A DNA stretch of 64,000 nucleotides from Paramoeba atlantica (Eukaryota; Protista; Discosea). Positions 30,808 through 42,009 of this stretch are shown here, piece after piece (position 1 is the stretch's first letter; every line of letters begins with the position of its first letter). Under the pieces are notes generated by a model. That model searched no databases. It saw nothing but the letters and a program-made list of their open reading frames with translations, and was not told the DNA's origin. The DNA is taken from contig CDRNVI010000030.1 of the NCBI GenBank assembly GCA_977017575.1, positions 682,001 through 746,000 of the forward strand, written 5' to 3'. Position numbers and translations under genes: made by a program.

Positions 30808-33135
30808 TCAAACTAAAATTGCTTCATTTGGAGTAACGCATTCTCCAAAATTGTTTCCACGAAGATCAATTTTCTGAAGTGTATTGGGAATCATCGGGAA
30901 GTGAGGCATATGCGAAAGCTTGTTGTTACTTAACGACAAAATCTCCAACTTAGAAGATAAAGGAAGGAGCTTCGGAACGCAGGAAATTTTATTATCATTA
31001 AGTTCAATTATTTCAATATCACGGGGAAATGCCTCCCAGTTCAAAATTTGATTGAAATTGTTATGATCTGCAGTCAGTCGCTTTAATGTTCTTGGGAGAG
31101 TTGAAAAGTCAATATTTCCAGAAAATGAATTGCACGAAAGAGTCAGGTTACATAATGACAAAGAATGATTTGATATATGAATAACCCCGTGGAAATTATT
31201 GTTTGCCAGATCCAAGCTTTTAAGACGTGCTGGAAGCTTCGTTAAAGTCACTGAACCTGTAAAGCTGTTGTTTTGAAGTAAGAGCTCTTCTAAACGACTG
31301 CCGTACGAAATTTTGTCAAAAACTACTTCACCTACCAATTGATTACAGCTGAGATTTAAGTTTTCAAGAGAAATCGGAAGTTTAGAAAACGAAACAGTTC
31401 CTTCAAACTGGTTAAGATGAAGATTCAGAAATACTACCCCAGGCGGTAGATGATCTAGGTCTAGTGGGCCCGAAAACAAGTTATCGTTTAAATGAATATA
31501 CTGTATACTACTTGGGAGTTGTACAAGAGAAATAGATCCGCGAAAGGCATTCGTGGCTAGTGAAAGATAATAAATACTACTCGGTAGAGATGCCAAATTA
31601 ACGGTGCCGTGAAACTTATTCCTACTAAGTCGAAGTCTGCGTAGCGTAGAGGGCAAACGTGTAAAATCGAGCTCTCCAGTAAAAGTGTTGTTGGATAGAT
31701 CCAATATCTCCAAATTTATAAAGTTAGATTTAGAATATAGCAAATCAAATTGGAAATCACCAATCAAGTTGTTATCGTTCAAATGTATTGCCTTGATCGT
31801 GTTCGGCATTTGAGAAAGGTCGATTGAAGAATGAAAACAATTTTGGCGAAGGTCCACAATTTCCATGCCATAAGGCAAGTGCAACAAGAACAATTCTCCA
31901 GAGAAACGATTATCGGACAAATTTATGATGACAAGAGACTGTGGCAACATGGTAAGATCGACGTCTCCGCTGTAGGAATTATCATTGAGGTAAAGGTATA
32001 GCAAAGCATTAGGAAGTATCGTTAGATCCCAAGTTCCAGAAAACGTGTTGTAATCAAGTGCAATTTCAAGTAAAGCAGATTGTGGGTCAATATACCCGAC
32101 CATTTCAGAAAGCGTGTTATTGGAAAGCCGCAAAATTTCCAAATTTTCGTGATTGTGCGGCAAGTCCATGGAACCAGAAAAAGAATTTGTCGACACATCA
32201 ATGGATTTTAAAGCAGGCGGAAATTTACCAAACCGCAAAGAACCAGACAATGAATTGTCTGGGAGCGATAAGTGTTCTAGTTCCACTGGAAGATTCGTTA
32301 GGCTAATATTTCCACTAAAGAAATTATTCCCGACGTCAAAACCACGTAAAGTGGGAGGAAGCGTGTTAATCTCAATGTTTCCAGAAAATCTATTGTGGGG
32401 TACACTAAAGACACTGAGACCAGGAGGGAGATGGGAAAAATCAGCAGTACCTTCAAACATATTGTTTCCCGCTGTAATGCGGATCAAACCGGAAGGAAGT
32501 ACACCTAATGGGACCCCACCACTGAAGAAGTTGTTGTGAATAACTAAGGCTTGAAGTATAGAAGGCAACGCTTCAAAATTAAGCGTTCCATTAAAACGGT
32601 TGTTGTGAAGTAAAAGATTTTCGAGATGAGACCAAGTAGGAGAGAAGGAAACAACCCCATTAAAATTGTTGGAGGCCAAGTTTATCAAGCGTATGTTAGA
32701 AGAAAGCGCGTGAAGTTCAACGTGACCACTAAAAATATTATTTAGCACGTCTAAGCTTTTTAGCGAGAAAGGCATGTTGTCGAGAGTAAGAGTGCCTGAC
32801 AAGCGGTTGTCGCTTAAATCAAGCACCTCTAGTTGAATGGGAAGATACTCTGTTTGAAGTGTCCCACTTAATCCGTGCCCAGACCAATTGATAACAACGA
32901 CTTTTCCATCATCACCACAAGTAACTCCTTCCCATTCAGAAACCGCACTATGCGTACTCCAGGAGGTGTGACGCAGAGTTACGTTCTTAAGAAACCGATC
33001 AAGATCGTATTCTTCCGGAAGTACGTGACCTGCGATGCGTCCATGTGGAGATGTGAATTGACTTGGATTGGTTGTGACTCTACGCCGCTTAGATGGAGGG
33101 GTAATTCCTTCATCGAAAAAACCAAAAGACCACAT
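30808..33135 (-). CDS. Long LRR protein (775 aa), 23-aa repeat family
   Basis: PPSKRRRV, GHVLPEEY, WEGVTC cap, followed by roughly 30 repeats. Confidence 0.9.
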   Translation of the reverse strand: MWSFGFFDEGITPPSKRRRVTTNPSQFTSPHGRIAGHVLPEEYDLDRFLKNVTLRHTSWSTHSAVSEWEGVTCGDDGKVVVINWSGHGLSGTLQTEYLPIQLEVLDLSDNRLSGTLTLDNMPFSLKSLDVLNNIFSGHVELHALSSNIRLINLASNNFNGVVSFSPTWSHLENLLLHNNRFNGTLNFEALPSILQALVIHNNFFSGGVPLGVLPSGLIRITAGNNMFEGTADFSHLPPGLSVFSVPHNRFSGNIEINTLPPTLRGFDVGNNFFSGNISLTNLPVELEHLSLPDNSLSGSLRFGKFPPALKSIDVSTNSFSGSMDLPHNHENLEILRLSNNTLSEMVGYIDPQSALLEIALDYNTFSGTWDLTILPNALLYLYLNDNSYSGDVDLTMLPQSLVIINLSDNRFSGELFLLHLPYGMEIVDLRQNCFHSSIDLSQMPNTIKAIHLNDNNLIGDFQFDLLYSKSNFINLEILDLSNNTFTGELDFTRLPSTLRRLRLSRNKFHGTVNLASLPSSIYYLSLATNAFRGSISLVQLPSSIQYIHLNDNLFSGPLDLDHLPPGVVFLNLHLNQFEGTVSFSKLPISLENLNLSCNQLVGEVVFDKISYGSRLEELLLQNNSFTGSVTLTKLPARLKSLDLANNNFHGVIHISNHSLSLCNLTLSCNSFSGNIDFSTLPRTLKRLTADHNNFNQILNWEAFPRDIEIIELNDNKISCVPKLLPLSSKLEILSLSNNKLSHMPHFPMIPNTLQKIDLRGNNFGECVTPNEAILV

Positions 33136-33543
33136 AGGAAAAGTATGCGATTAAAAGTGTGCGATTTAAAGACAAGTGGGTTCTAGTACTTATTTTTCAG
33201 ATACTTTTGCAGTCGAAATAACCAGATTTGCACAATTCATTTTCTAGATTTTTTACGCATTTGTTTTTGTCAATCTTGAAGGATTACGGTTTCCGAGACC
33301 TTTTAGTAGCTTGTCCAACATGGACAATTGCTTCTGTAGCCTTGATGGCAATAATTTTGCGTGAACATGTTGCTTCAAACAGAATAATCTCGCTTACAGA
33401 CATTAGTTAATACAGTAGATATTACTTTCACAATTCTAGTATCCTCGGATGGTTCATTTGACAAGTAAATTAGATTTCGACAAGAAAAAGGCTGCAAGAT
33501 GATACTACTGTACAATATCTAATATTGTATCTAGACGAAGACA

Positions 33544-35826
33544 TCATTCGCTCTTAAAGCTCATGACTGTTGAGGCTAGCGCAGAAGAAACTGCAGAATG
33601 GTAGTGAGGCATGCGATGTATCATGACGTATTCCTCGCTGTCCGTTTCAACACGTTGTGACAAATGTACGTACAAATAACTAAGAAGACTTGAGTAAGTC
33701 TCAGGAAAGTCATTCAAATTTTGCCTTATAACATTTCGACAAGATTGGAACACGTCTGATGTGCGAGTGAAAATTAGGGAAGTAACTTCCTTTGTGGATT
33801 CATTTTGTGAAAGGCTTTTAAGAACGTCGCTAACTGCAGACTGTACATGAATTCGAAGACACACTTCCGACTGAACCTCAAAAACAGAGGTAGTTTCTTG
33901 AAAAAGTACGTGGATTTCTTGTTTTTTGTCCACAAACTCTTGTTGTTCATCAAAAAGCCAATAAAAATCCGTCTGACGTTCTTGAGCCCTTGTAGTAGAA
34001 CAAGTATCCAACAGGTCAAAAATTCGAATTTTCATTTGTGAGAGATATCGCAATGCAATGGATACACATCGTATTATTTCGTAATCTTCATGATTAGAAC
34101 GAATCTCTTGTATTCGAATATGTGCTTGTACATGGTCTTGTAGGCTAAGTAGAGAATTTCGCGTGGCCTCAAGCGCAATGTGGCTAAAAACGTTGTAGTG
34201 CGCAGAAGGCAAAAGAGAAGAAAGAAGACATGAGTAATATTCAAAAATAGCGGGAAACATTGCTATTGTCAATTCGTTTGGTGCAGTCTTATCATGCGTA
34301 TTGTCTACCTCCTGAAGCGCGCTGTCAAAAAGCTTTTCTTGGACGTTTGCCATAAGTTGCCGTACATATTGAAAAAGCGATTGAGCAACACAGCGTATAC
34401 CAACTGGGTACAACATGAGACCATCACGCATCTTTCGTAGATCTTCCGTTATCAAACACAAGGAATCAAAGTCCGTGAGTGTGCGCCACCTACTTCCGAC
34501 GATTTGTGCTTCATTACAAATTAAAGACTGCATTAATTCGTTGAAGTGCGCTTTCATAAACCATTTGGCGGCATGGCTTCCGACTTCAATAGTTCCTGCG
34601 AGTTGGCAATACTCGGACAGCAAAATGGCCATAAGGATAATAAAAACGTAGTTAACTTCCCCTTTGACCTCACTTCGGGGAGCACATGCACTTTGTTCAA
34701 TCAGAGATGTGCAAAAAGGCTTTAAAAGCTTAAGCCGTGTGCTTGTATACACTTCAACCAATTCATTTAGAGTACGTGTCTCTCTACTATCAGAACTACC
34801 CACATAAATGGAAACCTTGTTATACCGATTGCAAACGAAGTTTAAGACTTCCAAGCCCCCACATTGCCTTTCCCACTCAGCATTTAATTTGTAAAATTCT
34901 TTCAACAATAGATCGAATTGCGGCAGAAAATGAGTTAAAGCTTCGACGGAACTAATGTCGTTCTTGATAGATTCACTTTGAATTTGTTCGAAGCCAAGAA
35001 GTTGTGGAATATATATCAGGGTGCTCAAAGGAACGTAGTTTAACTTGTCGTAAAAAACTTTCGCATGATTACTTAGTTCTGTAAGAATTTCCGTGGTAAA
35101 TGTTATGCGTAGAAATTTACGGGTAGATGCATCCAACGGTTGAAATAAAGAAGATTGAGCATGCTGATAAAAGTGTTGTTTTCTCTCGGAAATATTCTTC
35201 AAGCATGTTCGAGCTAAAGGCATGGATGGCGCGCGACACATAACTTCCTCAGCTTCGTCTAAAAATCCGATAAATTCACAATCGACATCTATCTGAAACA
35301 TTTCGCTTTTTCGCTTATCCCATTCTTCTAATCGAGAAAGAATTCTAAGTATTTCTTCGCATACTTGTATTTCTTTTGTTAGATTGACCTTTTCGATAAG
35401 AAAGTGTTGCATTTCGGAGGAAAAAGACGCCTTTTGTTGTAGAGATGCAAGTTTGCTCGTTATTTCAGCGCACCACGTCTGCATACGAAAAAGTTGATTA
35501 GATTCACATTCGACATCATCTCGAGTTGACTTGCATGTGCCTTTCTCAGAGCTAACGTCCTTGGTCTGTTCACATCCCACATAGACAGGCATTACTCCAC
35601 TCAAATTAGTGCCTAAATTCTTAGTTACCGCCTTGGGTAGGTTGGATTCTGATTTATCTCTTGCATGTTGCCTCTCTGTTATCGATAAGCATTCGTTTTC
35701 CTTTTCTATGGGAACGCAGTCGATTACACTCGATGAGGTATTGAGACGAACTGCATTGTGCACACGTTGGACCATTGCTTGCGCAGCTTCACTTTCCAAC
35801 GCTTCGTTCTCCATACAATAGACCAT
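33544..35826 (-). CDS. Conserved oligomeric Golgi subunit 3 (COG3/Sec34)-like protein
   Basis: FIGFLDEAEE, DSLCLITEDLR, LMANVQEKLF and MFPAI...NVFSHIALEATRNSLLSL parallel COG3 motifs recalled from memory. Confidence 0.6.
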   Translation of the reverse strand: MVYCMENEALESEAAQAMVQRVHNAVRLNTSSSVIDCVPIEKENECLSITERQHARDKSESNLPKAVTKNLGTNLSGVMPVYVGCEQTKDVSSEKGTCKSTRDDVECESNQLFRMQTWCAEITSKLASLQQKASFSSEMQHFLIEKVNLTKEIQVCEEILRILSRLEEWDKRKSEMFQIDVDCEFIGFLDEAEEVMCRAPSMPLARTCLKNISERKQHFYQHAQSSLFQPLDASTRKFLRITFTTEILTELSNHAKVFYDKLNYVPLSTLIYIPQLLGFEQIQSESIKNDISSVEALTHFLPQFDLLLKEFYKLNAEWERQCGGLEVLNFVCNRYNKVSIYVGSSDSRETRTLNELVEVYTSTRLKLLKPFCTSLIEQSACAPRSEVKGEVNYVFIILMAILLSEYCQLAGTIEVGSHAAKWFMKAHFNELMQSLICNEAQIVGSRWRTLTDFDSLCLITEDLRKMRDGLMLYPVGIRCVAQSLFQYVRQLMANVQEKLFDSALQEVDNTHDKTAPNELTIAMFPAIFEYYSCLLSSLLPSAHYNVFSHIALEATRNSLLSLQDHVQAHIRIQEIRSNHEDYEIIRCVSIALRYLSQMKIRIFDLLDTCSTTRAQERQTDFYWLFDEQQEFVDKKQEIHVLFQETTSVFEVQSEVCLRIHVQSAVSDVLKSLSQNESTKEVTSLIFTRTSDVFQSCRNVIRQNLNDFPETYSSLLSYLYVHLSQRVETDSEEYVMIHRMPHYHSAVSSALASTVMSFKSE

Positions 35827-36079
35827 CCGCTTCCACTATCACAGAAATATCATAAAAAACTAGAAAAAACAACCTACTAGAAACTTACACGCCTCCTTTA
35901 CATTTATGCATGCATAGATGAGATGACACGGGTGGCGAGGTTACTGTACAATCCCTATATTGTGCTGCTCATTACCTTTTTGCTACGGATTATCTCTATA
36001 CACAGCGTACAGTATTTGTTAAATCCTTGGTACCCCGTTGTCAGAGGCTCTAAACCCTCTAAAAAACTCCTCTACCCCT

Positions 36080-37102
36080 TCACCGTCCATACGGAAATGT
36101 CTCACACTCCGCATCTGTCCTTGACGGCTCACGGTAAAACAAATGCCGAAACCGTACACGGTTCGCATTTTCCTCGTGAATCGTCAACGGTTTGTGTGTC
36201 AAATCGGAGGAGGCGTCCGTGGTGGCTATAATTTGATTCGAGTACACCGGATGACTCACCGTCGGGTGTGCTGTGTTTAACCCACATTTATTCACGCGCA
36301 GGGTTCTATTATTCACTGGAGCCCCGTTCTCAGCTCTCCAAACCCGATCTGCACGTGCAACATATTCTGCTATTTTTTGTAACATCAATTCCGCAATACA
36401 GGACATTAATGCGTATTGCGAAAGCGCACAAATATCCGCATTCGGGGAAATTCTCCCGGCTCTCCTCACCGACGTGTAATACAACTCCCCCATCAGTGCC
36501 TTTAACACATTATGTGGTTTGGTTTTGGTTTTCATCTCCACATCCTCCATGAGCTTATTTACCGCAATCGCGTAATAACAAGACTCGTAGTTATACGTGT
36601 CACAAATCATTTGTACTAAATCACTTAAATAACCACAATCATAGCCAGGAAATATAGTCATCAGCAACCGCATCACATGCAGCGGGGCATAGTGACTTCC
36701 TTTAATCATGGAAGCGTTGCCGAGGGATTGGGTGACATTAAAAGTATCTCGAAAAACCCCAGCGTCTCGTAACACACACAAAGAAGCATACAGCCGAGCT
36801 TTATGCGTTACATCATCTTTTTGAGCATTCGCAGCAAATAAAGAGGGAAAGGAGGACACGGAGGGGAGCCGGAAAGCATCATAAATCATCCCACGTGGGT
36901 TCCACATCCGTAGCGGTTGCTGGGAGATCGCGTCGTAGAACATCTCGAGACAGCGGTGGTCACGGAACCGACCGCTGACGTGCTCGGCCCAGTTGGAGAA
37001 GGGCTCGGTGCAGAGCGAACACCAGCCGTCCTGTTTGACCCACGATTTGTCGACTGCGATGGATTTCGCGATATTGTAGGCAGTGGATTTGAGAGAGTTC
37101 AT
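36080..37102 (-). CDS. Kinetoplastid RNA editing complex protein, KREPB4/B5-like (U1-type zinc finger plus degenerate RNase III)
   Basis: WCSLCTEPFSNWAEH...RDHRCLEMFYD U1-like ZnF; LMTIFPGYDCGYLSDLVQMICDTYNYE...VLKALMGEL resembles the degenerate RNase III region. Paralog not resolved. Confidence 0.72.
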   Translation of the reverse strand: MNSLKSTAYNIAKSIAVDKSWVKQDGWCSLCTEPFSNWAEHVSGRFRDHRCLEMFYDAISQQPLRMWNPRGMIYDAFRLPSVSSFPSLFAANAQKDDVTHKARLYASLCVLRDAGVFRDTFNVTQSLGNASMIKGSHYAPLHVMRLLMTIFPGYDCGYLSDLVQMICDTYNYESCYYAIAVNKLMEDVEMKTKTKPHNVLKALMGELYYTSVRRAGRISPNADICALSQYALMSCIAELMLQKIAEYVARADRVWRAENGAPVNNRTLRVNKCGLNTAHPTVSHPVYSNQIIATTDASSDLTHKPLTIHEENANRVRFRHLFYREPSRTDAECETFPYGR

Positions 37103-37625
37103 GGAGGGGGGAAGAGGGGGGTGGGCATGGGATGAGCTGGTGGTAAAATAAAGAAGAAACGGGTTTGTTTTTAAGTTCAAGGTGTGAAGAGTAAGGATTA
37201 GTGCTGTTTTTAAGGAAATGCGACAAAAAAAGTGACAGAAAGTAAAATGAAATAGGGTACATGATGAAATAGAATAGGGTACAGAATAGAGCAGGGTACA
37301 TGATAAATAAATAACACCATGCGTAAAAAATTCAAGAACAAGTCTAGAATAGAGTCATAAAAATGGAACATACAATGTATTCATTCATTCATATGGTTTC
37401 TTCACCTAAGATGTACATGCACAGTTGATTGTTTTTTTCAATTGTTCTATCCACGGATACGATGAAGACATCATCCAAACACCTAAAATAATTTACAAAT
37501 AAACGTAGTAACAAATAAAAATGTGAATTGTAGTACTTGGGATCGTCTTCTTTTACTGCTCACATCGAAAAAACAAAAAACTTAAACCTTTTTTAAAGTC
37601 CCCAACCAAAGCCTACGCAGAAACA

Positions 37626-38804
37626 TCACCCACTCGTTGACTTCGAACCCTCCAACAACTTGTTTTTCCGCTCCTGCAACACCTTCTGGCTGTGTGCCTC
37701 TACTTGATCCCGCAGCGGCCCGTTTTCAAACTCCAACCGACGCAGAAACAAATCCCGACCCCACCACTTCAAATGATCAAAATCATTTTCCTCCAGCTCT
37801 TCCACATTTCCCTCCAAGAACGCGGGCTCGTTGTAGTACCCCATACAGTACGCCAGCGTAGTAAACATATTCGGGTGGTACGTCGAGTCCAGAAACTTCT
37901 CCCCTCCCAGGAACGTGTGATAATCCCGTACCCGCCGCAACACCTCCTCATGGGTCAAATTCTTATCCACGGGAGCAAGAAACCGACGCCAGGCGTAATC
38001 AAACAACCCCTCCTCGGTCATCTTCTCCAACGCGCCGGGTTGCATCACCATATAATCCTCATTAAACACCAGCTCCCAGTAATCCCGAATCCGTCCCTGG
38101 GCGCATAACAACCCAAAAAGCGGATACGAGGGCAACCCCATCGCTCGCACAATCAACCTCCCCTGGAGCCTCCTGAACCGATGAAACGACAGCACCGACT
38201 CATACATCTCCGCCACCCCCCGACAAGCCACCGGGTCTCTCCACACATCATTCTTCTCCAGCAACGTCTCCCAGGCCTTCCCCAGATGCGGAGGCACCGG
38301 CAACGCCTTTTCATAGTTCCACCGGTAATCCACCAGCATCGCGGGGATAAACCGGTACCGGTACAAATCCTGTGCCGCTCTCCACGACCGCAGCCGCCCC
38401 GCCTCCCCGTCCCCCCCCAACGCGGGCATCCACGTGTCGTTCGCGAACCACAGCGGCCACAGCAACACCCCCCACCCCCCGGTACACAGCGTCGCCCACA
38501 ACGGGTGCGCCACCTTTAACAGGTCGAACCGGAGGCTCGCGTACTGCGCGAGCTGCGGTTGGGACACGACCGAGTGCAGAGTTTTGTCGATGAAAAAGTT
38601 AGGCCGCCCGAGCCGTCGCCTCCAGTAGATCGGGAGCCACATCTCCTTTTGGTCGACGTAGGACGGGGGGGCGAGTGTGTTGGCGCGGGACCGGAGGGTG
38701 GAGTAGAGGGAGAGCGCGGGGGGGAGGGCGCGGAGGAGGGCGAGGGCGGTGGAGGGGAGGCCGCGGAGGTTGCGGGAGAGGGTGGGGAGGGCGCTGGAGG
38801 ACAT
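37626..38804 (-). CDS. LETM1-like mitochondrial inner-membrane protein
   Basis: Single hydrophobic segment LWATLCTGGWGVLLWPLWF; EDYMVMQPGALEKMTEEGLFDYAWRR resembles the LETM1 DD.LI..EG...L...EL..AC..R motif. Start placed at MSSSAL (38804). Confidence 0.65.
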   Translation of the reverse strand: MSSSALPTLSRNLRGLPSTALALLRALPPALSLYSTLRSRANTLAPPSYVDQKEMWLPIYWRRRLGRPNFFIDKTLHSVVSQPQLAQYASLRFDLLKVAHPLWATLCTGGWGVLLWPLWFANDTWMPALGGDGEAGRLRSWRAAQDLYRYRFIPAMLVDYRWNYEKALPVPPHLGKAWETLLEKNDVWRDPVACRGVAEMYESVLSFHRFRRLQGRLIVRAMGLPSYPLFGLLCAQGRIRDYWELVFNEDYMVMQPGALEKMTEEGLFDYAWRRFLAPVDKNLTHEEVLRRVRDYHTFLGGEKFLDSTYHPNMFTTLAYCMGYYNEPAFLEGNVEELEENDFDHLKWWGRDLFLRRLEFENGPLRDQVEAHSQKVLQERKNKLLEGSKSTSG

Positions 38805-38964
38805 GGTGGGGGTGGTGGGGGAGAAAAGGGAGGAAGGGGGAGGGAGGAGGGAAAGGGATTTTGTTTGGTGTGTAGGGAGAGAAAAGGATGAGGGTGAGGT
38901 GTGGGAGGAGGAGGAGGTAAGGATATACATTTTTTTGATCAAATTATTTTTGGGTCACCCTAAA

Positions 38965-39036
38965 GATTTCGAAGTTGTTCCTCTTTATAAAGTTCCTCTT
39001 ATTTTCACTGTTTTTTCAATAATCAAGGGCAGAGAG
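38965..39036 (+). repeat. Fragment of a dispersed repeat family (also 42010-42240 minus, 52670-52756 and 53545-53610)
   Basis: gttcctctttata...ttttcactgttttt...caataatcaagggcagag matches the other copies. Confidence 0.6.
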
Positions 39037-39040
39037 GTTA

Positions 39041-39372
39041 CCGTCAAAGTACTTATTAACAATAATAATAATTAACGGAATGTTCTTTTGTGCAGAAATT
39101 TTTCCGTTAATTATTATTCCAATGATTTTTACTAAATTTCTATAAAACTTTAAGCGTCAAGAGAAGCGTTCTGCTGAAACGTCTTAATCGATTCATCTTT
39201 TCGCGGTAACGTCGCTTTTTTCTTCACGAGAGAAATACTTCGAATTTTGTTGATGAACAGACCGCCCACGGACTAAAATGTTTGGGAAGATTCTGGTGAA
39301 AATCAAAAAAAAAAATTATTCCGTTAATTTTTACTCCAATGATTTTTATTCTGTTAATAAGTACTTTGACGG
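39041..39372. mobile_element. MITE with perfect 21-bp TIRs
   Basis: ccgtcaaagtacttattaaca / tgttaataagtactttgacgg; TA at 39039-39040 and 39373-39374. Confidence 0.88.
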
Positions 39373-39486
39373 TATACTACCACCGTAATTATGAATACAT
39401 ACAGTCTTTCAGATATCCAAAGATAAATTCATAATGACTTATGCGAGTACTTCCCCACTATATCCCCCCTACCCCACTTCCCTCCC

Positions 39487-40653
39487 TCAGGGCTGTATCT
39501 CCGACAGCGGAACATGTACAACAAACTCAAAATGGTGATTGAGCGGTCGTGTGTTTCGCAGTCGGTCCAGCGCATGTCCGGGGGACTCGATGGCATAGAA
39601 CACACGGCGGACTCTGGAGTGTGTCGCGGCCATGGCACACAACATACAGGGCTCGTGTGTGGTGTAGAGGTCACACCCGGTGCAAAGGTAATGATTATGT
39701 GTGTCCCTGATCTGCTCATTCGCAAGGTGAAGAGCACGAAACACGGGGTGGGAAAGCACTTCACACCTTTTAGTGTGAACATCCTTTGAGAAGTCCGTAT
39801 TCCCCGCGAAGGGATCTAAGAGGCTGGTATTCCCCTCAAGGGAAACTTGAGGGGAATCAATAAAATGGGGAATCTGTGTATCCGATGTAGGTGAAAAACC
39901 GTACAGCGCGGCGTGAGGGCTACGCGCTGGGAGCTCGCAGAGTGGGGAGGATACGATTTTGCGCCGTATGGGGTCGAAAAGGAGACGCCCAATGGGGAGG
40001 TAACTGTTGTGTTGGACCGACTGTGTTCCTAGTTGAAAGGCTGTCCGCATTAGCTCGAGGACTTCATGTCTTGAAATGTCTCGTAAAGGGCGTTGTGGGT
40101 CCACACAACGTGGAGTGCTCAAAGGCCACACGTTGTTGTACTGATCCCATTCCTCTGGGGTAAGAGGTGGTAATCGAGACACGTACCCTGTGAGGACGGG
40201 ATGCTCCTTGCTCACTTCGTTGAATAAATCCAGTATTTGGATAGGGCAAAGAGACGGAGACACTTTCTCATCAGCAACATTAGGTTTTAGCTGGACGAGA
40301 TCATCGATTCGAGAAAAAAGAACAAGTTTTATCGCTTTGGATGAGGGGTGTGGTCGGATACGCTTTACATGGCTCAGCGAAAGCCTCTCGAGGGGAAGAA
40401 AATCGTGTAGGTTGGAATATAGCACGCTCACAATTTTATTTGGGACACATAAAATAATAACCTTTTGAACTAAGCTGCTGTCAGAGCCTTCAATCCAGTG
40501 ACGGATTTCCGTGCTCCTTTTAAGACACAGGGGACGTAATTCTGTTGCATTTTCTTGAGTTTGCGACGTGGAAAACAGTTTCGATCTGTATCCTATGATA
40601 TGCATATTGGTGAAAAAGGAATGTACGGCTTCAAGTAAGCAGCGTGCCTGCAC
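39487..40653 (-). CDS. ADAT3: tRNA adenosine-34 deaminase non-catalytic subunit ADAT3/Tad3
   Basis: HPVFRAL (catalytic Glu absent), [38 protein letters not shown]; N-terminal LSHVKRIR. Confidence 0.9.
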   Translation of the reverse strand: MQARCLLEAVHSFFTNMHIIGYRSKLFSTSQTQENATELRPLCLKRSTEIRHWIEGSDSSLVQKVIILCVPNKIVSVLYSNLHDFLPLERLSLSHVKRIRPHPSSKAIKLVLFSRIDDLVQLKPNVADEKVSPSLCPIQILDLFNEVSKEHPVLTGYVSRLPPLTPEEWDQYNNVWPLSTPRCVDPQRPLRDISRHEVLELMRTAFQLGTQSVQHNSYLPIGRLLFDPIRRKIVSSPLCELPARSPHAALYGFSPTSDTQIPHFIDSPQVSLEGNTSLLDPFAGNTDFSKDVHTKRCEVLSHPVFRALHLANEQIRDTHNHYLCTGCDLYTTHEPCMLCAMAATHSRVRRVFYAIESPGHALDRLRNTRPLNHHFEFVVHVPLSEIQP

Positions 40654-40815
40654 TTACTCGAAAACAAATTGCTACGGGAACATGTTTAGCCCTATCCGTA
40701 CAAAATAATAAGTACTCTCTCTATCTCTCATTAATATTTATTAAATTATCGTTCATAAAAAAAATGAGGTATGTTTATAAAACTAATAATCCTTCTTTTT
40801 AGTGCATAAGAAAAG

Positions 40816-41163
40816 GGGGCCCGGTTTAGCATACCCCCGGTATGGTACGAGGTCACAGATATGGTAGCAGGTCACAGGTATGGTAAGTGTTTTGGTTACA
40901 ATGTTAAAAAAGTGATTACCAGCAAAAAGTAGGAGTTAATAATATCACCAGTAAAAATCATAGAAGTGAAAAAAAACGCGATAAAGAGTAAAGAAAACAA
41001 ACGAATAAGGCTCTATAGAGTTATAATACAGTATACGTGTGCCACCTCGAAGAAGAAGTCGACATCACACCTTCCCTGCCTGAAAAACCAGGGGGGGGTA
41101 TAATATGGACCTTGAGTCCTCGACGGTATGGCACGAGGTCACAGGTATGCTAAACCGGACCCC
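40816..41163. mobile_element. MITE-like element with 20-bp TIRs, no clear TSD
   Basis: ggggcccggtttagcatacc / rc ggggtccggtttagcatacc; subterminal ggtcacag(a/g)tatg repeats. Confidence 0.7.
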
Positions 41164-41230
41164 GCACAAACTAGTAGGTTTACCAGTAGAAAAGTGGTAT
41201 ACATAAGGTTTTGAGTCCCAACTGTTCCCA

Positions 41231-41926
41231 TCATTTTTCTACTATTCCAGTCCCTTCCCAGTCGTATCGCTTCAGAAATGATTTCACGCTTTCTGTAGCA
41301 ACACCCCTAATATTAGGATTCTTTTGTATAAACAGGCCACTAAGAGTTTTAGGAAAGCGCGAAAAATCAATTTCGGTGTCAAAGTCGTTTCCATCCAAGT
41401 AAAGAGATTCCATTTTTTCGGGCAAGCTGTAAAAATCTAATGATCCCGTACACTTGTTGTTCGAAATAGCAAAGAAATACAACTCCGGTGGAAAATTGGT
41501 TAAATTTATCTCCGACGAGAAGGAATTATCCGAGAGATCCATCATTCCCAGAAAAAGAGGCAGTTTATTTAACTTGATCGACCCGGAAAGTTCGTTCCTA
41601 CTTACATCAAATCTTTCTAGTCCCGAAGGGAGACATGTCAGATCAAGGGACCCTTCTAGTTGATTGGAATAAATTGTTAAGATCGTTAAATGTGAAGGCA
41701 AATAATTCCAGCATGCCTCACCAGAAATACGACGTTGACACCACTGAAGTTGGAAAATGCGTTCGTCTTCATCACATTTCACGCCACTCCAATTACAAGC
41801 ACTTGTACTTGTGTTCCATGAGTTATGTACATTATGCATGTTACGTGTGAACTGTGCGAGTTCGTACTCTTGTGGCATTACTATCCCACGTGTCTTTCCC
41901 GGACGAGAAATACAAGTGCGATTCAT
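41231..41926 (-). CDS. LRR protein, 23-aa repeat family (short, lacks the KRRK motif)
   Basis: GKTRGIVMPQEY, ACNWSGVKC cap, about 6 repeats. Confidence 0.85.
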   Translation of the reverse strand: MNRTCISRPGKTRGIVMPQEYELAQFTRNMHNVHNSWNTSTSACNWSGVKCDEDERIFQLQWCQRRISGEACWNYLPSHLTILTIYSNQLEGSLDLTCLPSGLERFDVSRNELSGSIKLNKLPLFLGMMDLSDNSFSSEINLTNFPPELYFFAISNNKCTGSLDFYSLPEKMESLYLDGNDFDTEIDFSRFPKTLSGLFIQKNPNIRGVATESVKSFLKRYDWEGTGIVEK

Positions 41927-42009
41927 GGTCGAACTAGGACTTAGAAATAAAGATTGAACGAGGAAAATTTACGATAGTATGCAAAACGAAAAAAATATGT
42001 ATTGTGACA

